Positions 53,360 through 63,502 of a stretch of DNA of 64,000 nt are shown here, piece after piece. Source of the stretch: an uncultured Gemmatimonadales bacterium (GTDB lineage Bacteria > Gemmatimonadota > Gemmatimonadetes > Gemmatimonadales > GWC2-71-9); contig CAWJIM010000018.1 of assembly GCA_963842945.1 (NCBI GenBank), forward strand, positions 1 to 64,000, written 5' to 3'. The stretch's first letter is position 1, and every line of letters begins with the position of its first letter. The position numbers and the translations under genes were made by a program. A model generated the notes under the pieces. That model had not been told where the DNA came from and searched no databases. It saw only the letters and a program-made list of their open reading frames with translations.

Positions 53360-53891
53360 CTAAGGAAGGTTTCGACCGACTAGGTCCACGGGAGCAACTC
53401 TCAGCTGCCGTTCGATGAGCTGCACCGCTTCGTCCGGTGTGGCAGCATTGAGCAACCGGCCGCCGCGCATTCCGCCGAAAAGCTCTCGGGCAGCAGAATC
53501 GGCCCCCAGCAGAATCACCGGCTTCTCCGCCTTCAGCGCCAGCGCCACCTCGGAAGCCGTGCCCGGCCCCTCGACTCCACACGCGATGACGACGTCGCTG
53601 GTCAACACGTTGATCATGTTCCGGGCCTCACCCATCCCCGTGAAGACGGCAATGTCTACATCGGGACCGGTTCACTCCGCCGGCGCTCGGGAGGATACCG
53701 AGCGTCAAACTGCCCGCCACCTCCTTCGCCCCGGCAGACGCGGCGGCCATGACGCCTTCCGGCCGTCCTCCGGTGAGCACAATCCAACCGCGCTGAGCCA
53801 GGAGTGTGCCCAGCTCGCGCGCGAAGGCGAGGTTCTGGATGCTCGCCTCACCGGCACCCATAACGCCGATCACCGGCCGGCGGGGCGGCAC
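53360..53891 (-). CDS. TIGR00725/LOG-like Rossmann-fold protein; frameshift near 53670
   Basis: Motifs IGVMG, LTGG...GVMAAAS, GMGEARN and GTASEVALAL. Confidence 0.85.
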
Positions 53892-53945
53892 TAGCTCATT
53901 CCGGCGGACATGCCTCGGTCCCCGATCATCGAGTGAGATGTGAGC

Positions 53946-54170
53946 CTACGGCCGTCTCGGCCGTAGCAGATGCCAGAGCAGCGCCGCCAACCCAATACTG
54001 AGCAACGCCGCGGTCGTGTTGACCAGGAAAAACGTCCGATAGGCGTCAGCGCCGGAAGCATCGCGGCCCACCCAGCTGTGCCATTCCTGCCAGGCGCGAA
54101 CCGCTCCCACGATGCTGTTTCCGGCCAGTATCCCGCCGATCAAGACCAAGCCATAACGTAGCGCCTTCAC
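53946..54170 (-). CDS. Small two-TM protein
   Basis: GGAGG upstream; two hydrophobic segments. Confidence 0.55.
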   Translation of the reverse strand: MKALRYGLVLIGGILAGNSIVGAVRAWQEWHSWVGRDASGADAYRTFFLVNTTAALLSIGLAALLWHLLRPRRP

Positions 54171-54194
54171 CTCTTCCTCCGAGGGCCTTGAATC

Positions 54195-54223
54195 TTGACA
54201 AGGCTACCCCATGGGGGTATCTT
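54195..54223 (+). promoter_or_regulatory. Near-consensus sigma70 promoter with a palindromic operator in the spacer
   Basis: TTGACA-17-TATCTT; TACCCCATGGGGGTA at 54205-54219. Confidence 0.7.
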
Positions 54224-54525
54224 CTCCCCGTCGCGAGCCCATCCCCTGGGGAAGAGAGATGGCGCTACCCGGGCGTCCATTCCATCGCGAACCGTGCCGT
54301 AACTGGCTCGGCGAACACAACTTAAAACCTTGACCGTCCGGCTGGTTGTCAGGCCGGAAATTCCCTGCCGCCGACCATCGTGGTCAGCCTGCTGCTGTCA
54401 CGGCCCTGCCGCCAAATGACCGCAGCGCGCTTCCAGTGCGTGTGGGGTGTCACGACCCTCCCTCCGGGAGAGAAAGTGTGCGCATGGGCATGAACTCTCA
54501 CCAGGTACATTGGGGCAGATGGCCC

Positions 54526-55557
54526 ATGCTCCGGACCGTGATGTCTGGAGCATTCCTCGCCTTCGTGGTTGCCTGTAGCGGCAACGAAGGTCTCAGTCCT
54601 ACGGTGGAGGCTCCGTCTACCACTCCCCCTCCCGTCGACAGCGCCTCTACGCCGGTCGACAGCAGCACCACCGCTCCAACCGATTCGCTCACGCCTCCCG
54701 ACACAACCGGTTTCAGCGGAGCCGTTGGGGCAATCGATAACCGTTCCAGTCTCCCGGGAATCGTCTTTGCCTCCGGCGAGATGGACAACCAATACCTGAA
54801 TACCGTCCACACCGGCTCGAAGCGAGGCGGCGGTCTCACTCCGCAAAATATTATCCAGCTGCTGAACGAGGCCCGGGCCCGCGGTGGCCGCATCGTTGTC
54901 AAGCTCTGTATGGGTCGTGACAGCTACGTCAAGAACCCGGATGGGACCTTCAGCCTCACCAAGTGGAAGGAGCTGGTCGGCCGGTTCAGAAGCGTGAATC
55001 TCACGCCTTATATCAATGACGGGACCATCGTCGGGCACTTCCTGATCGACGAGCCCCACCGCACCGCCAAGTGGGGTGGCAAGATCATTCCTCAGGCCAC
55101 GGTCGAGGCCATGGCCCAGTACAGCAAGCAGCTCTGGCCCACCATGACCACCTTCGTCCATACCCAGATGGACTGGCTCGCCGGCACACCGGTGACCTAC
55201 CGGTATCTGGATGCCGGCTGGGCACAGTACATGGCTGGTAAGGGAGATATCAATAACTGGGCGGCGGGTGAGATCACCCGCGCCAAGAGCAAGGGCCTCG
55301 GGCTGTTGCTCGGGTTGAATGTGATTGCCGGCAGCACCGCGAGCGGCGGGTTGAGGGGCTACTACCCTGGTTACTATGCGATGAACGCTACCCAGCTCAA
55401 GAGCTGGGGGACCGCCCTCCTCAACCAGAGCTATGCCTGCGCCTTCTTCATGTGGCAGTTCAACTCGGCCTACTACGGCCGCTCGGATATCAAGGCTTCG
55501 ATGTCCGCGTTATCCGCCATGGCCAAGGCCCACCCCAAGACCTCGTGCCAGCAGTAG
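54526..55557 (+). CDS. Putative lipoprotein: Ser/Thr/Pro-rich linker plus a possible glycoside-hydrolase-like domain
   Basis: Lipobox-like FVVAC; low-complexity linker; FLIDEP motif; aromatic-rich. Confidence 0.7.
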   Translation: MLRTVMSGAFLAFVVACSGNEGLSPTVEAPSTTPPPVDSASTPVDSSTTAPTDSLTPPDTTGFSGAVGAIDNRSSLPGIVFASGEMDNQYLNTVHTGSKRGGGLTPQNIIQLLNEARARGGRIVVKLCMGRDSYVKNPDGTFSLTKWKELVGRFRSVNLTPYINDGTIVGHFLIDEPHRTAKWGGKIIPQATVEAMAQYSKQLWPTMTTFVHTQMDWLAGTPVTYRYLDAGWAQYMAGKGDINNWAAGEITRAKSKGLGLLLGLNVIAGSTASGGLRGYYPGYYAMNATQLKSWGTALLNQSYACAFFMWQFNSAYYGRSDIKASMSALSAMAKAHPKTSCQQ

Positions 55558-55575
55558 GCTGATGTCTCCAGCCAG

Positions 55576-55607
55576 CGAGAGGCCGGTCCACTCGGGCCGG
55601 CCTCTCG
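55576..55607. terminator. Hairpin between convergent genes
   Basis: 11-bp stem CGAGAGGCCGG / CCGGCCTCTCG. Confidence 0.7.
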
Positions 55608-55622
55608 GTTTCGGGCGAAGAT

Positions 55623-55856
55623 TCAGACGTGGTCGACCGCAGCCGGGACTCCACTCTCCCGCGCGCAGTGAGCACAACAGAAGAACGTCCCCTCCGCTTC
55701 GATCCCGTGTCCCACGATCTTGCATCCACAGTGCTCGCAGACGGGCGCCAGTTTGTGGATGGCGCACTCAAAGCTGTCGAACGTATGGGTCTGGCCGGCC
55801 GTGACCACCTGGAACGACATATGGTAATCGTTGCCGCACACCTCACATCGAGCCAT
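55623..55856 (-). CDS. Cys/His-rich small metal-binding protein (often labelled prokaryotic metallothionein)
   Basis: MARCEVCGNDY...FDSFECAIH...CEHCGC...CCAHCA; GGAGG upstream. Confidence 0.85.
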   Translation of the reverse strand: MARCEVCGNDYHMSFQVVTAGQTHTFDSFECAIHKLAPVCEHCGCKIVGHGIEAEGTFFCCAHCARESGVPAAVDHV

Positions 55857-55939
55857 TGAACCCTCCTGGTCCGAGCCGCACGATACGGCCACCCCGAAGA
55901 GTGGCCCGTCGGCTCCGGAAATTCCAGCGGGGCAATCGC

Positions 55940-56254
55940 TCAGGGCTCGTTGTTTCGGCGGGCCTCCATCAGCTGGGCCAGATTTGATGGCCTGGTGCCC
56001 AGCAGGGCGCCGGTGGGGCTGACGTAAATTGCGGCCCCATTCGGCCCGAACTCGCGCGCTTGAGGATAGGAGATGATCCAGCCCCGCGGCTGCCCTCGCA
56101 GCACCGAGATGCCCTTGTACGCAAAGCGGCTGGCCGGCGGGCCGAGGCCCTGGGGATTGGGACCCATCACTTTGCCGGCGGTAAAACGCGCGCCGGCAAA
56201 GGAGGCACCCAGCAGAGCGGCGGCAATGACCAGCAGAAGGAAGAGTGCCCGCAT
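55940..56254 (-). CDS. Hypothetical exported protein
   Basis: N-terminal hydrophobic segment; GGAG upstream. Confidence 0.6.
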   Translation of the reverse strand: MRALFLLLVIAAALLGASFAGARFTAGKVMGPNPQGLGPPASRFAYKGISVLRGQPRGWIISYPQAREFGPNGAAIYVSPTGALLGTRPSNLAQLMEARRNNEP

Positions 56255-56274
56255 GGGCTCCCGTCAGAAGAGGT

Positions 56275-56427
56275 TCAACCGCGCCGTTTGAAGAACTGCA
56301 CGGCCCGCTCGTGCTTCTCGGCTGCGGCGCGAGTCTTGAACGTGCCCAGATTTCGCCGCTTTCCCGTCCGGGGATCCTTTTTCCTGGAGTACAGCCGGTA
56401 CTCCCCACTGGACAGCTTTCGAATCAT
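56275..56427 (-). CDS. 50-aa basic protein (below the ORF-track cutoff)
   Basis: MIRKLSSGEYRLYSRKKDPRTGKRRNLGTFKTRAAAEKHERAVQFFKRRG; ATGA overlap with the upstream gene; AGGAGG site. Confidence 0.75.
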   Translation of the reverse strand: MIRKLSSGEYRLYSRKKDPRTGKRRNLGTFKTRAAAEKHERAVQFFKRRG

Positions 56428-56795
56428 CCTGCTGCCTCCTTCAGCTGCTTCCACATTCCCAGAACCCGTCCGTCCGGGTCCTCGAACAAGGAGAGCTGGC
56501 CCACCCCGGGCACGTCCACCTTATCCACCAGGATCTTTCCCCCTGCCCGCCGGATCTTGTCGCCGAAACGATCCAGGTCATCCACGTCGATGTAGAGCGC
56601 AAGCTTGGCGGGCCAGGGGCCGGATTTCGGCTTCATGATGCCTCCGCCGATCCCGCCGGGACCACCGGGCTCCACCAGCTGGTAGTCGAGCGCAGGGATC
56701 GGGCGGATGTTCCAGCCGAATACCGCACGGTAGAACTCCGCGGTTCCGGCGGGATCCTCCGACCAGAACTCCCAGTGGACCACAGGCTGTCCCAT
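56424..56795 (-). CDS. VOC family protein
   Basis: Motifs VVHWE, FYRAVFGW, YIDVDDLD and FEDPDGRVLG. Confidence 0.9.
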   Translation of the reverse strand: MGQPVVHWEFWSEDPAGTAEFYRAVFGWNIRPIPALDYQLVEPGGPGGIGGGIMKPKSGPWPAKLALYIDVDDLDRFGDKIRRAGGKILVDKVDVPGVGQLSLFEDPDGRVLGMWKQLKEAAG

Positions 56796-56806
56796 GCCTC
56801 ACGCCC

Positions 56807-57145
56807 TCACTTGATTACCACGGCGGTTCCGCTGGCGCTCACCATGAGCATCCCGCCGCCGGAGCCCATCGTGATGGTCTCATAATCCAGATCCACCCCG
56901 ACCACCGCGTTTCCTCCCAGCCGGGCTGCCTCTTCCTGCATCTCGTCCAGGGCAATGGTCTTGGCCTTGCGCAGCTCCTCTTCGTACGCGGCCGAACGCC
57001 CGCCTACGATGTCTCGGATGCCGGCGAACAGGTCACGGAAGATGTTGGCCCCCAGGATGGCTTCGCCACTGACGAGGCCGAGATATTGAGAGATGGCCCG
57101 GCCCTCGAGGCTGGGCGTGGTGACGACGAGCATGTGACTCCTCAT
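56807..57145 (-). CDS. YbjQ/UPF0145 family protein (likely start 57133)
   Basis: [24 protein letters not shown]...GTAV. Confidence 0.92.
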   Translation of the reverse strand: MRSHMLVVTTPSLEGRAISQYLGLVSGEAILGANIFRDLFAGIRDIVGGRSAAYEEELRKAKTIALDEMQEEAARLGGNAVVGVDLDYETITMGSGGGMLMVSASGTAVVIK

Positions 57146-57196
57146 TGCTTCGGTTGACCTGTACCGGAGAGCCGCCCTCGGGGTTCCTTGCCCAAC

Positions 57197-57781
57197 CTAG
57201 CAAACAGATCTCCTACAAGCCACGCCGCATGACCGACTCGGCGCCTGGGCCCTCACGAACTCAGCGGCATCTTTCGCCAGCATCCAGCCTGCCCCGATAG
57301 CAATCAGGTAGAGCAGCACGCCGGCCAGATAAACAACGCCTCCGATCAGCTGGTCCTGCTTCAGCAGTCCCCAGTTGCCCAGCAACCAGGCCCAGTCGTG
57401 CTCCCCACCGCCCACCAGCGGTAATGCCTGCAGGCGAGCGTCTCGGATATACACCGAAATATTCCAGCAATTCTGGCCCAGCCACCAGAGCGGAACCGTG
57501 GCCCCGTGCACGTCACCCTGCCGCCAGAGCGCCCCGGCGAACACCGACGGCACGATGAGCTGCATCAGTGTCCCACCCATCACACCCAGGGTCTCGCCGC
57601 CGGCTGCGAAGACCAGATGTCCGGTCTCGTGAATAGCCAGGTCGAGACTATCCAGCCAGCGAAACGCCTCCGGAGACCGGAGGCAGATCCAGCCGTACAC
57701 CGCAAGGACCAGCGTCAAACCCAGCCGCCAGTGGAACACCGGGGCCGAGGCCTCATCGTGCGGCGGGATAGGCCGGCTCAC
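57197..57781 (-). CDS. Conserved membrane protein with an HExGH motif
   Basis: Motifs IHETGH, GGTLMQL and GGGEHDW. Confidence 0.75.
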   Translation of the reverse strand: MSRPIPPHDEASAPVFHWRLGLTLVLAVYGWICLRSPEAFRWLDSLDLAIHETGHLVFAAGGETLGVMGGTLMQLIVPSVFAGALWRQGDVHGATVPLWWLGQNCWNISVYIRDARLQALPLVGGGEHDWAWLLGNWGLLKQDQLIGGVVYLAGVLLYLIAIGAGWMLAKDAAEFVRAQAPSRSCGVACRRSVC

Positions 57782-58167
57782 ACCAGGGTGGCGCCGGCCT
57801 GGGCTAACAACTCCCGCAACACCGACCGGTGGCAGCTCCGCTCGTCCTCACAGAAGCAGCCCATCGAAAGATTGACGTCGGCGCTGAGAGCGGCCAGAAG
57901 CTCGAGTATACGCGATGCGGGCGCCTGCGACATTTCAGACCGATATCGCCGGGCAAAGGTTTCCCACCGGCGGCCGGTCAGCGGCTGGGAGCGCGCCCAC
58001 TTGAGCAGTGCAGCACTGGGTGCCAGCTCCGGCAGCCACACGTCGTAGTAGTTCAACCGGGAATAATCGGCCTTGGCTACGCCGCGGGGAGGACGCCGCA
58101 CCGTACCCAGCCTGATGCCTTCCTCCGGGGCACGCGGGGATCCGAGCTGGACGATGCGAATGCCCAT
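57778..58167 (-). CDS. DUF488 family protein
   Basis: Motifs [20 protein letters not shown] and [12 protein letters not shown]. Confidence 0.88.
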   Translation of the reverse strand: MGIRIVQLGSPRAPEEGIRLGTVRRPPRGVAKADYSRLNYYDVWLPELAPSAALLKWARSQPLTGRRWETFARRYRSEMSQAPASRILELLAALSADVNLSMGCFCEDERSCHRSVLRELLAQAGATLV

Positions 58168-58179
58168 GGTTGAATACGG

Positions 58180-59591
58180 CTAGAACCGGCTGACATCGAA
58201 GAAGACCAGCCGCCAGTCGGGAGAGTAATAGAGACTCGCTATCACCCTCGTTTCGGGTCCCTTCCCTATCGCATAACAGGCGCGCGCAACCGGCGAGGAA
58301 AGCCAGCTGATATTTCGGCCACTGACATTGTCGCAGCCCAGCGATTGCCAGCCCTCTATCGGTCCCAGCTCCTCGCTGAGCTCGCGCCGGGACGACGGAG
58401 ACAGAAATTGCTGCAGTCCGGGTGTAGTCACAGCTGTGTCGGCCGCCTTGGCCACCCGGGCCAGCACCTGCTCGTCTCGAATGGGAGGTCTCGGATCCGG
58501 TAGCGGCGCGCTCAGCCGGTGAGGCGGAGTGAGTGCCGGCTCGAAGAGCCCAGCGATTCCTTCCGCGAGAGCGCTCGGCTGTGCCTGCGCCAGATTGGCC
58601 AGCGCAATCACGGTCAGGCCGTACTCCGGGTACCGATAGATCGCGGTCTTGAAACCCTGCCAGGAACCGGTGTGACCAATCCGCGGATGCCCCCGCTGCG
58701 GCGTGAGGTCCCAGCCGAATCCGTAGGGATACCGGCCGCCGCTGTTCAGTCGAACCCGAGACCAGGCGAGCTGCAGCGCCGTCGAGTCCGGGACCCGAAG
58801 GTGATCCAGCGAGTGCGCCCATTCCACCAGGTCGTTGATGCTCAGGTACAAGCGAGCCGTCGGCCGTCGTGTTGAGGGAGGGCGCCACCCAGTCCTGGTT
58901 CTTGAGCTCGCCCTTGACCAGCTGGTATCCGGCGCTGCGGTTGGGCACGATGTCCGCCTCGGAGATGATCCGGGTGGTGCGCATCTCGAGGGGACCGAAG
59001 ATCAGTTGCTGCAGAACGTCGCCGTAAAACCGGCCGGTCACCCGATGAATCAGGACCCCCAGGAGGAGATATCCCGTGTTGCTGTAGGACCAGCGATCAC
59101 CCGGCGGGAAATCCAGGGGCTTCGAAGCCGCGAACTTCACCAGCTGGTCTTCGGTGTAATCCTTTCGGTAGTCGAACGTGGAATCGGTGTACTCGGCCAT
59201 GCCCGAGGTGTGGGTCAACAGATGCCGCACGGTGATGTCCTTCCATGCGGCGCCTCCCTCCGAAAGCCATTTGCTGATCTTGTCGTCCAGGCTCAGGCGC
59301 CCCTGCTCTGCCAGCATCACGACCGCGGCAGCCGTAAACTGCTTACCCAGAGAGCCTGACTGGTACAGTGTGCTCTCGCTGGCCGCTACCTGAAGCTCCA
59401 CATTTGCCAGGCCGTACCCGCGCCGGAGCAGAACACTGTCGTTCCGCACGACGGCGATGGAGACGCCGGGGATGTGCTGCCGGCTCATCTCGGTCGTGAC
59501 GTACCGATCGACAGCGCTGAGAGCAGATTGCTGTCCCGCGACGGAGCCCCATGGCACCAGCAACAGGGCAACGACGAATGGTCGAGTCAAC
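58180..59591 (-). CDS. Serine hydrolase (beta-lactamase class C-like); frameshift near 58850
   Basis: Motifs SLGK, LLTHTSG, YSN and HTGS. Confidence 0.9.
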
Positions 59592-59594
59592 GGC

Positions 59595-60113
59595 TCAGGC
59601 CACTCCTGCGGCGGCGGTCCGAGACCGGCGCGCGTATGACATGGGAGACTTGCCCAGCTGCCGGCGGATGAACCCAATCTGGCCCAGATGATAGGAGTCA
59701 TGCTGGACCAGGAACGCTACCATGCCCAGCCGGGTGGTGTCTTCCGCCAGAAACCGTTGCGCCGTTGGCTCCGCCAGCTCGGTAGTAGTCAACCGGTCGA
59801 GTACCGATTGCAGATGAGCGCTCACTCCCGCCCACGCCCAGCGGATCTCCTCCAGGCTGGGCCATTCGGTGATGTCGTCCATGCTCCGCACATCGGCGAG
59901 GTAGTGGGCAATGGGATTGACCAGGGTGTGTCCCAGACGTGCGACCAGGAAATGCCTCGAGTCCGTGAGGTGCTCAGCCAGAAAGGTGATGCTGTTTCCT
60001 CCGGCTTCGAGTCTCCGTTGCGCTTCGCTGTCGGAGAGTCCTTCGAGGCAGTTCAGCAGCAGATCCGTGTTGAGATCATATAGTGCGGCGAGTGGCCTGA
60101 CTTGTGGCTCCAT
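59595..60113 (-). CDS. DinB family protein
   Basis: Motifs [10 protein letters not shown] and [16 protein letters not shown] site. Confidence 0.88.
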   Translation of the reverse strand: MEPQVRPLAALYDLNTDLLLNCLEGLSDSEAQRRLEAGGNSITFLAEHLTDSRHFLVARLGHTLVNPIAHYLADVRSMDDITEWPSLEEIRWAWAGVSAHLQSVLDRLTTTELAEPTAQRFLAEDTTRLGMVAFLVQHDSYHLGQIGFIRRQLGKSPMSYARRSRTAAAGVA

Positions 60114-60190
60114 GGCGCCTCCTCGTGCAGCGGGCCGTTCGGCGTAAAATACACGCCCTTGTCCCGGTCCAGCGACGGGTCCGACAACTG

Positions 60191-60233
60191 CTCACCACGG
60201 AGGCACGGAATGCACGGAGGTAGCACGGACTCC
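60191..60233 (+). repeat. 43-bp CACGGA-module repeat, copy 1
   Basis: CTCACCACGGAGGCACGGAATGCACGGAGGTAGCACGGACTCC. Confidence 0.85.
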
Positions 60234-60239
60234 TGGTTC

Positions 60240-60640
60240 AGCGTAGGAGTCGTTTGATCCCAAAGGGCAAGATCTCGACATTGAAATATCAAACAACAGT
60301 CCCGAGGACACTGTCCCGCAGGCGCATGTCGGTCATCAGCTGGGACGAATGGATAGGCAGGAGGTTTCTCGACCGATTTGATTTCGACGATTACGGCGTT
60401 CTCCACCAGCATATCGATGATATAGCCCTTCGGCAGGGTGGACACCCTTGTATTCTATGGGTTGCATCACCTGGCTCTCGTCGAGATTCCCCTTAGGTCC
60501 ATCTCTCGGCAAAGACACGTCTCATAGCTCGATTCCAGAAGGCCCGGCCCCAGATGCCGGTGACACTACATGCGCCTGCCCGAATGTCTTTGGAGTTGTT
60601 GGATTTCGATGCTCGCAGATCTTCCTGCTTTGGAAATGAA
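60240..60640 (-). pseudogene. GxxExxY protein, frame-disrupted; ends approximate
   Basis: [18 protein letters not shown] and GYIIDMLVENAVIVEIKSVEK lie in different frames; locally lower GC. Confidence 0.75.
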
Positions 60641-60663
60641 ACGACTCTTAGCTGAACCAGCAA

Positions 60664-60727
60664 TCCGTGCTCCTTCCGTGTCTTCCGTGTCTCCGTGGTG
60701 AGCTTTGTTAGTGTGCTTCCGTGGTGA
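60664..60727 (-). repeat. Inverted CACGGA-module repeat (copy 2) plus a partial copy
   Basis: Reverse complement of 60664-60702 is CTCACCACGGAGACACGGAAGACACGGAAGGAGCACGGA; that of 60713-60727 is TCACCACGGAAGCAC. Confidence 0.8.
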
Positions 60728-60805
60728 ACAACTTTGTTTACCTTAAGCCCGTGCCCAATCCTATCGAGGAACACCAAGGAGCTGGTGGGCAGTCGGAGGA
60801 CCGGG

Positions 60806-61274
60806 ATGTTTCGTAGGAGCCAGGCTGCCGACATTCTAACCGGGGGCGTGGTCGCCGGGACGCTCGACATCACCTACGCCTGCGTCTTCTGGGCGCTCAA
60901 GGCCGGCGTTCCCCCGCGGCGCATCTTTCAGTCGGTCGCTGCCGGACTGTTGGGGCCAGCCAGTTTCGAAGGCGGAGCGGCGACCGCCGCGCTGGGGCTG
61001 GTGCTCCACTTCTTCATCGCAACCACGATGTCGCTGGTGTACTACATCGCCGCCGGGCGCTTCCCGGTGCTCGTGCGCCGGGCTTTTCTGTGCGGCGCGA
61101 TCTACGGTCTTCTGCTCTACGCGGTGATGAACTACGTGGTGGTCCCGCTCTCCCGAGCCTCGCCCGGGCCCCGGGATCCGCTCTGGATCGGGCTCTCGTC
61201 CTGGTCCATATGTTCCTGATCGGGGTGCCGATTGCGCTGATCGCTCGGTCGGGCCGTAGCGCTGTCCGGACTAG
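60806..61274 (+). CDS. Hypothetical membrane protein; frameshift near 61200
   Basis: GGVVAGTLDI...IFQSVAAGLLG...LHFFIA...MNYVVVPLS. Confidence 0.75.
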
Positions 61275-61423
61275 CCGATCTGGTTCGAGGGTTCCAAGTT
61301 GATGAAGCCATCCTCTGCGGAAGGCCTAGGCGATTATCCCGGCCTTGAAGGCCAGGTGGCCCGCACCGAGCAGCACGATCTCCGACACCTCATGGTCCAG
61401 CGACAGGACCTGGCAGGAGCCCC

Positions 61424-62840
61424 GTGACCTCTCTCGGCACCAGCTTCCTGGAGCAGGTGAACCAGGCCTTCAATCACGCGGCCACGTTCACCCACCACGA
61501 CCCCACCCTGCTCGCCAACATCCGCGAGTGCAAGAACCTCTTCTACACCAGCTTTCCCATCAAGCGCGACGACGGCCGGATCGAGGTGATGCACGCCTGG
61601 CGGGCGGAGCACAGCCACCACAAGCTCCCGACCAAGGGTGGGATCCGTTACGCCGACAACGTCGATGCCGACGAGGTGCAGGCGCTCGCCGCGCTGATGA
61701 CCTACAAGTGCGCTCTGGTGGACGTGCCCTTCGGCGGGGCCAAGGGCGGGATCCGGCTCAACCCCAAGAAGTACTCGGTGGACGAGCTGGAGCGGATCAC
61801 CCGACGCTACGTCTTCGAGCTGGTGCGGAAGAACTTCATGGGCCCGGGGCTCGATGTCCCCGCCCCGGATGTGGGCACCAGCTCCCGGGAAATGGCCTGG
61901 ATCGCCGACACCTACACCCAGCTCCGCCCCGGCGAGCTGGACGCGATGGGCTGCGTCACCGCCAAGCCGGTGAGCGCCGGCGGGATCCGGGGCCGCACCG
62001 AGGCCACCGGCCGCGGGGTCTTCTTTGGCACCCGCGAGTTGGTGAGCGTCGCCGAAGACATGAAGGCGCTGGGGCTCAGCCCCGGCATCGAGGGCAAGCG
62101 GGTGGTGGTGCAGGGACTGGGCAACGTCGGCTACTTCGCCGCCAAGTTCTTCCAGCAGGCAGGAGCAGTCCTGGTGGGACTGGCCGAGTCGGAAGGCGCG
62201 ATCGCCAACCCCAAGGGACTCGATTTGGAGAAGGTGATGGCCCACCGCCTGGAGCGGAAAAAGCTCACCGATTTTCCCGGCGCCACCAACCTCGCCCGGA
62301 GAGAGGATGCGCTGGAGCTGGACTGTGACATCCTTATTCCCGCAGCCCTCGAGCGGCAGATCACGGCGGAGAACGCCGGCCGGGTCAAGGCGAAGATTGT
62401 GGTCGAAGCGGCCAACGGTCCCACCACTCCAGAAGCGGACAAAATTCTGGATCAGCGGAACGTCATGGTCATCCCCGATGCCTACATCAACTCCGGCGGG
62501 GTCACCGTCTCCTACTTCGAGTGGGTGAAGAACCTGGGCCATGTCCGCTTCGGCCGGATGCAGAAGCGCTACGAGCAGGCCTCCTACGGCCGGCTGCTGC
62601 AGGCAACGGAGCAGCTGACCGGCAAGCACTTCACCCCGGAGCAGGTAGCGCTGGTGACCCACGGGGCGAGCGAGGAGGATCTGGTCAATTCGGGGCTGGA
62701 AGAAACGATGATCGGCGCCTATCACCCGATCCGCGAGGTGTGGAAGCAGGAACCCGAAAGAAAACCTCCGGATCGCGGCGATGATCGTGGCGATCGACAA
62801 GGTGGCGATGAGTTACGAGCAGCTCGGGATATTTCCCTAG
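61424..62840 (+). CDS. gdhA: Glutamate dehydrogenase (Glu/Leu/Phe/Val family); frameshift near 62757
   Basis: Motifs KGGIRY, MTYKC, FGGAKGG, DVPAPD, QGLGNVG, EAANGP and GGVTVSYFEW. Confidence 0.94.
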
Positions 62841-62844
62841 GCGA

Positions 62845-63327
62845 ATGAAGTGCTACCTCGCAATCGTCTTCGCTTTCGGTAGCGGTTTCGCCTTTCCGGT
62901 CGCTGCGCAATGGCAGGCTCAGGTCTCGCCCGGGACTCGGGTGCAGTTGCGGTTGCCGGAGGCGCAGTATCAGGCCGGCCCGAAGGGACAGTTCATTCGC
63001 GGTCGCGTCACCCACCTTGCGGGGGACACGCTTTACCTCGCCGTGACCGACAGCCTGGGTCCCCTCGCCATTCCTCGCACCTTCATCCAGAAGCTCGAGA
63101 TCAGCCGGGGCGTTCCCTCCCGCGGCATCAGCGCCCTGCAGCGAGGCTTGATGGGTGCAGTGCTGGGAGCGGCGACCTTCTATGTCGTGACAAAGCTTGA
63201 CTCCGACGGGCAGGACGACTCCGGAGACGCCGCTCTCATTGGAGGCGCCATCGGTCTGGGGCTGGGAGGCCTGACCGGTGCGCTCTGGCCCCGCGAGCGG
63301 TGGAAGCGAGTGCGTCCTGCGTTCTAG
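62845..63327 (+). CDS. Hypothetical secreted protein with Gly-rich hydrophobic helices
   Basis: Signal peptide; GGAIGLGLGGLTGAL...ERW tail. Confidence 0.7.
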   Translation: MKCYLAIVFAFGSGFAFPVAAQWQAQVSPGTRVQLRLPEAQYQAGPKGQFIRGRVTHLAGDTLYLAVTDSLGPLAIPRTFIQKLEISRGVPSRGISALQRGLMGAVLGAATFYVVTKLDSDGQDDSGDAALIGGAIGLGLGGLTGALWPRERWKRVRPAF

Positions 63328-63331
63328 GACA

Positions 63332-63374
63332 CTCACCACGGAAGCACGGAAGGCACGGAGGTAGCACGGACTCC
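63332..63374 (+). repeat. 43-bp CACGGA-module repeat, solo copy
   Basis: 41 of 43 bases identical to 60191-60233. Confidence 0.85.
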
Positions 63375-63502
63375 CTCGCGAAAGACGGTTACCGGTTGAC
63401 CGCTGCCACCCGGTAGGATCCCGTTCCCCCTATAAAATTGGTCGACTAGTGGATCACGAGGCCCCATGGCATCTTGGAGCATCGACCATCTCCGAGGATA
63501 CC

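Noticed and set aside
54229..54476. 6S RNA or a known riboswitch
   Set aside because: Only short word matches (for example CTTAAAAC) were found. I could not build the 6S rod or any riboswitch consensus by eye, so it is kept only as an unassigned leader.
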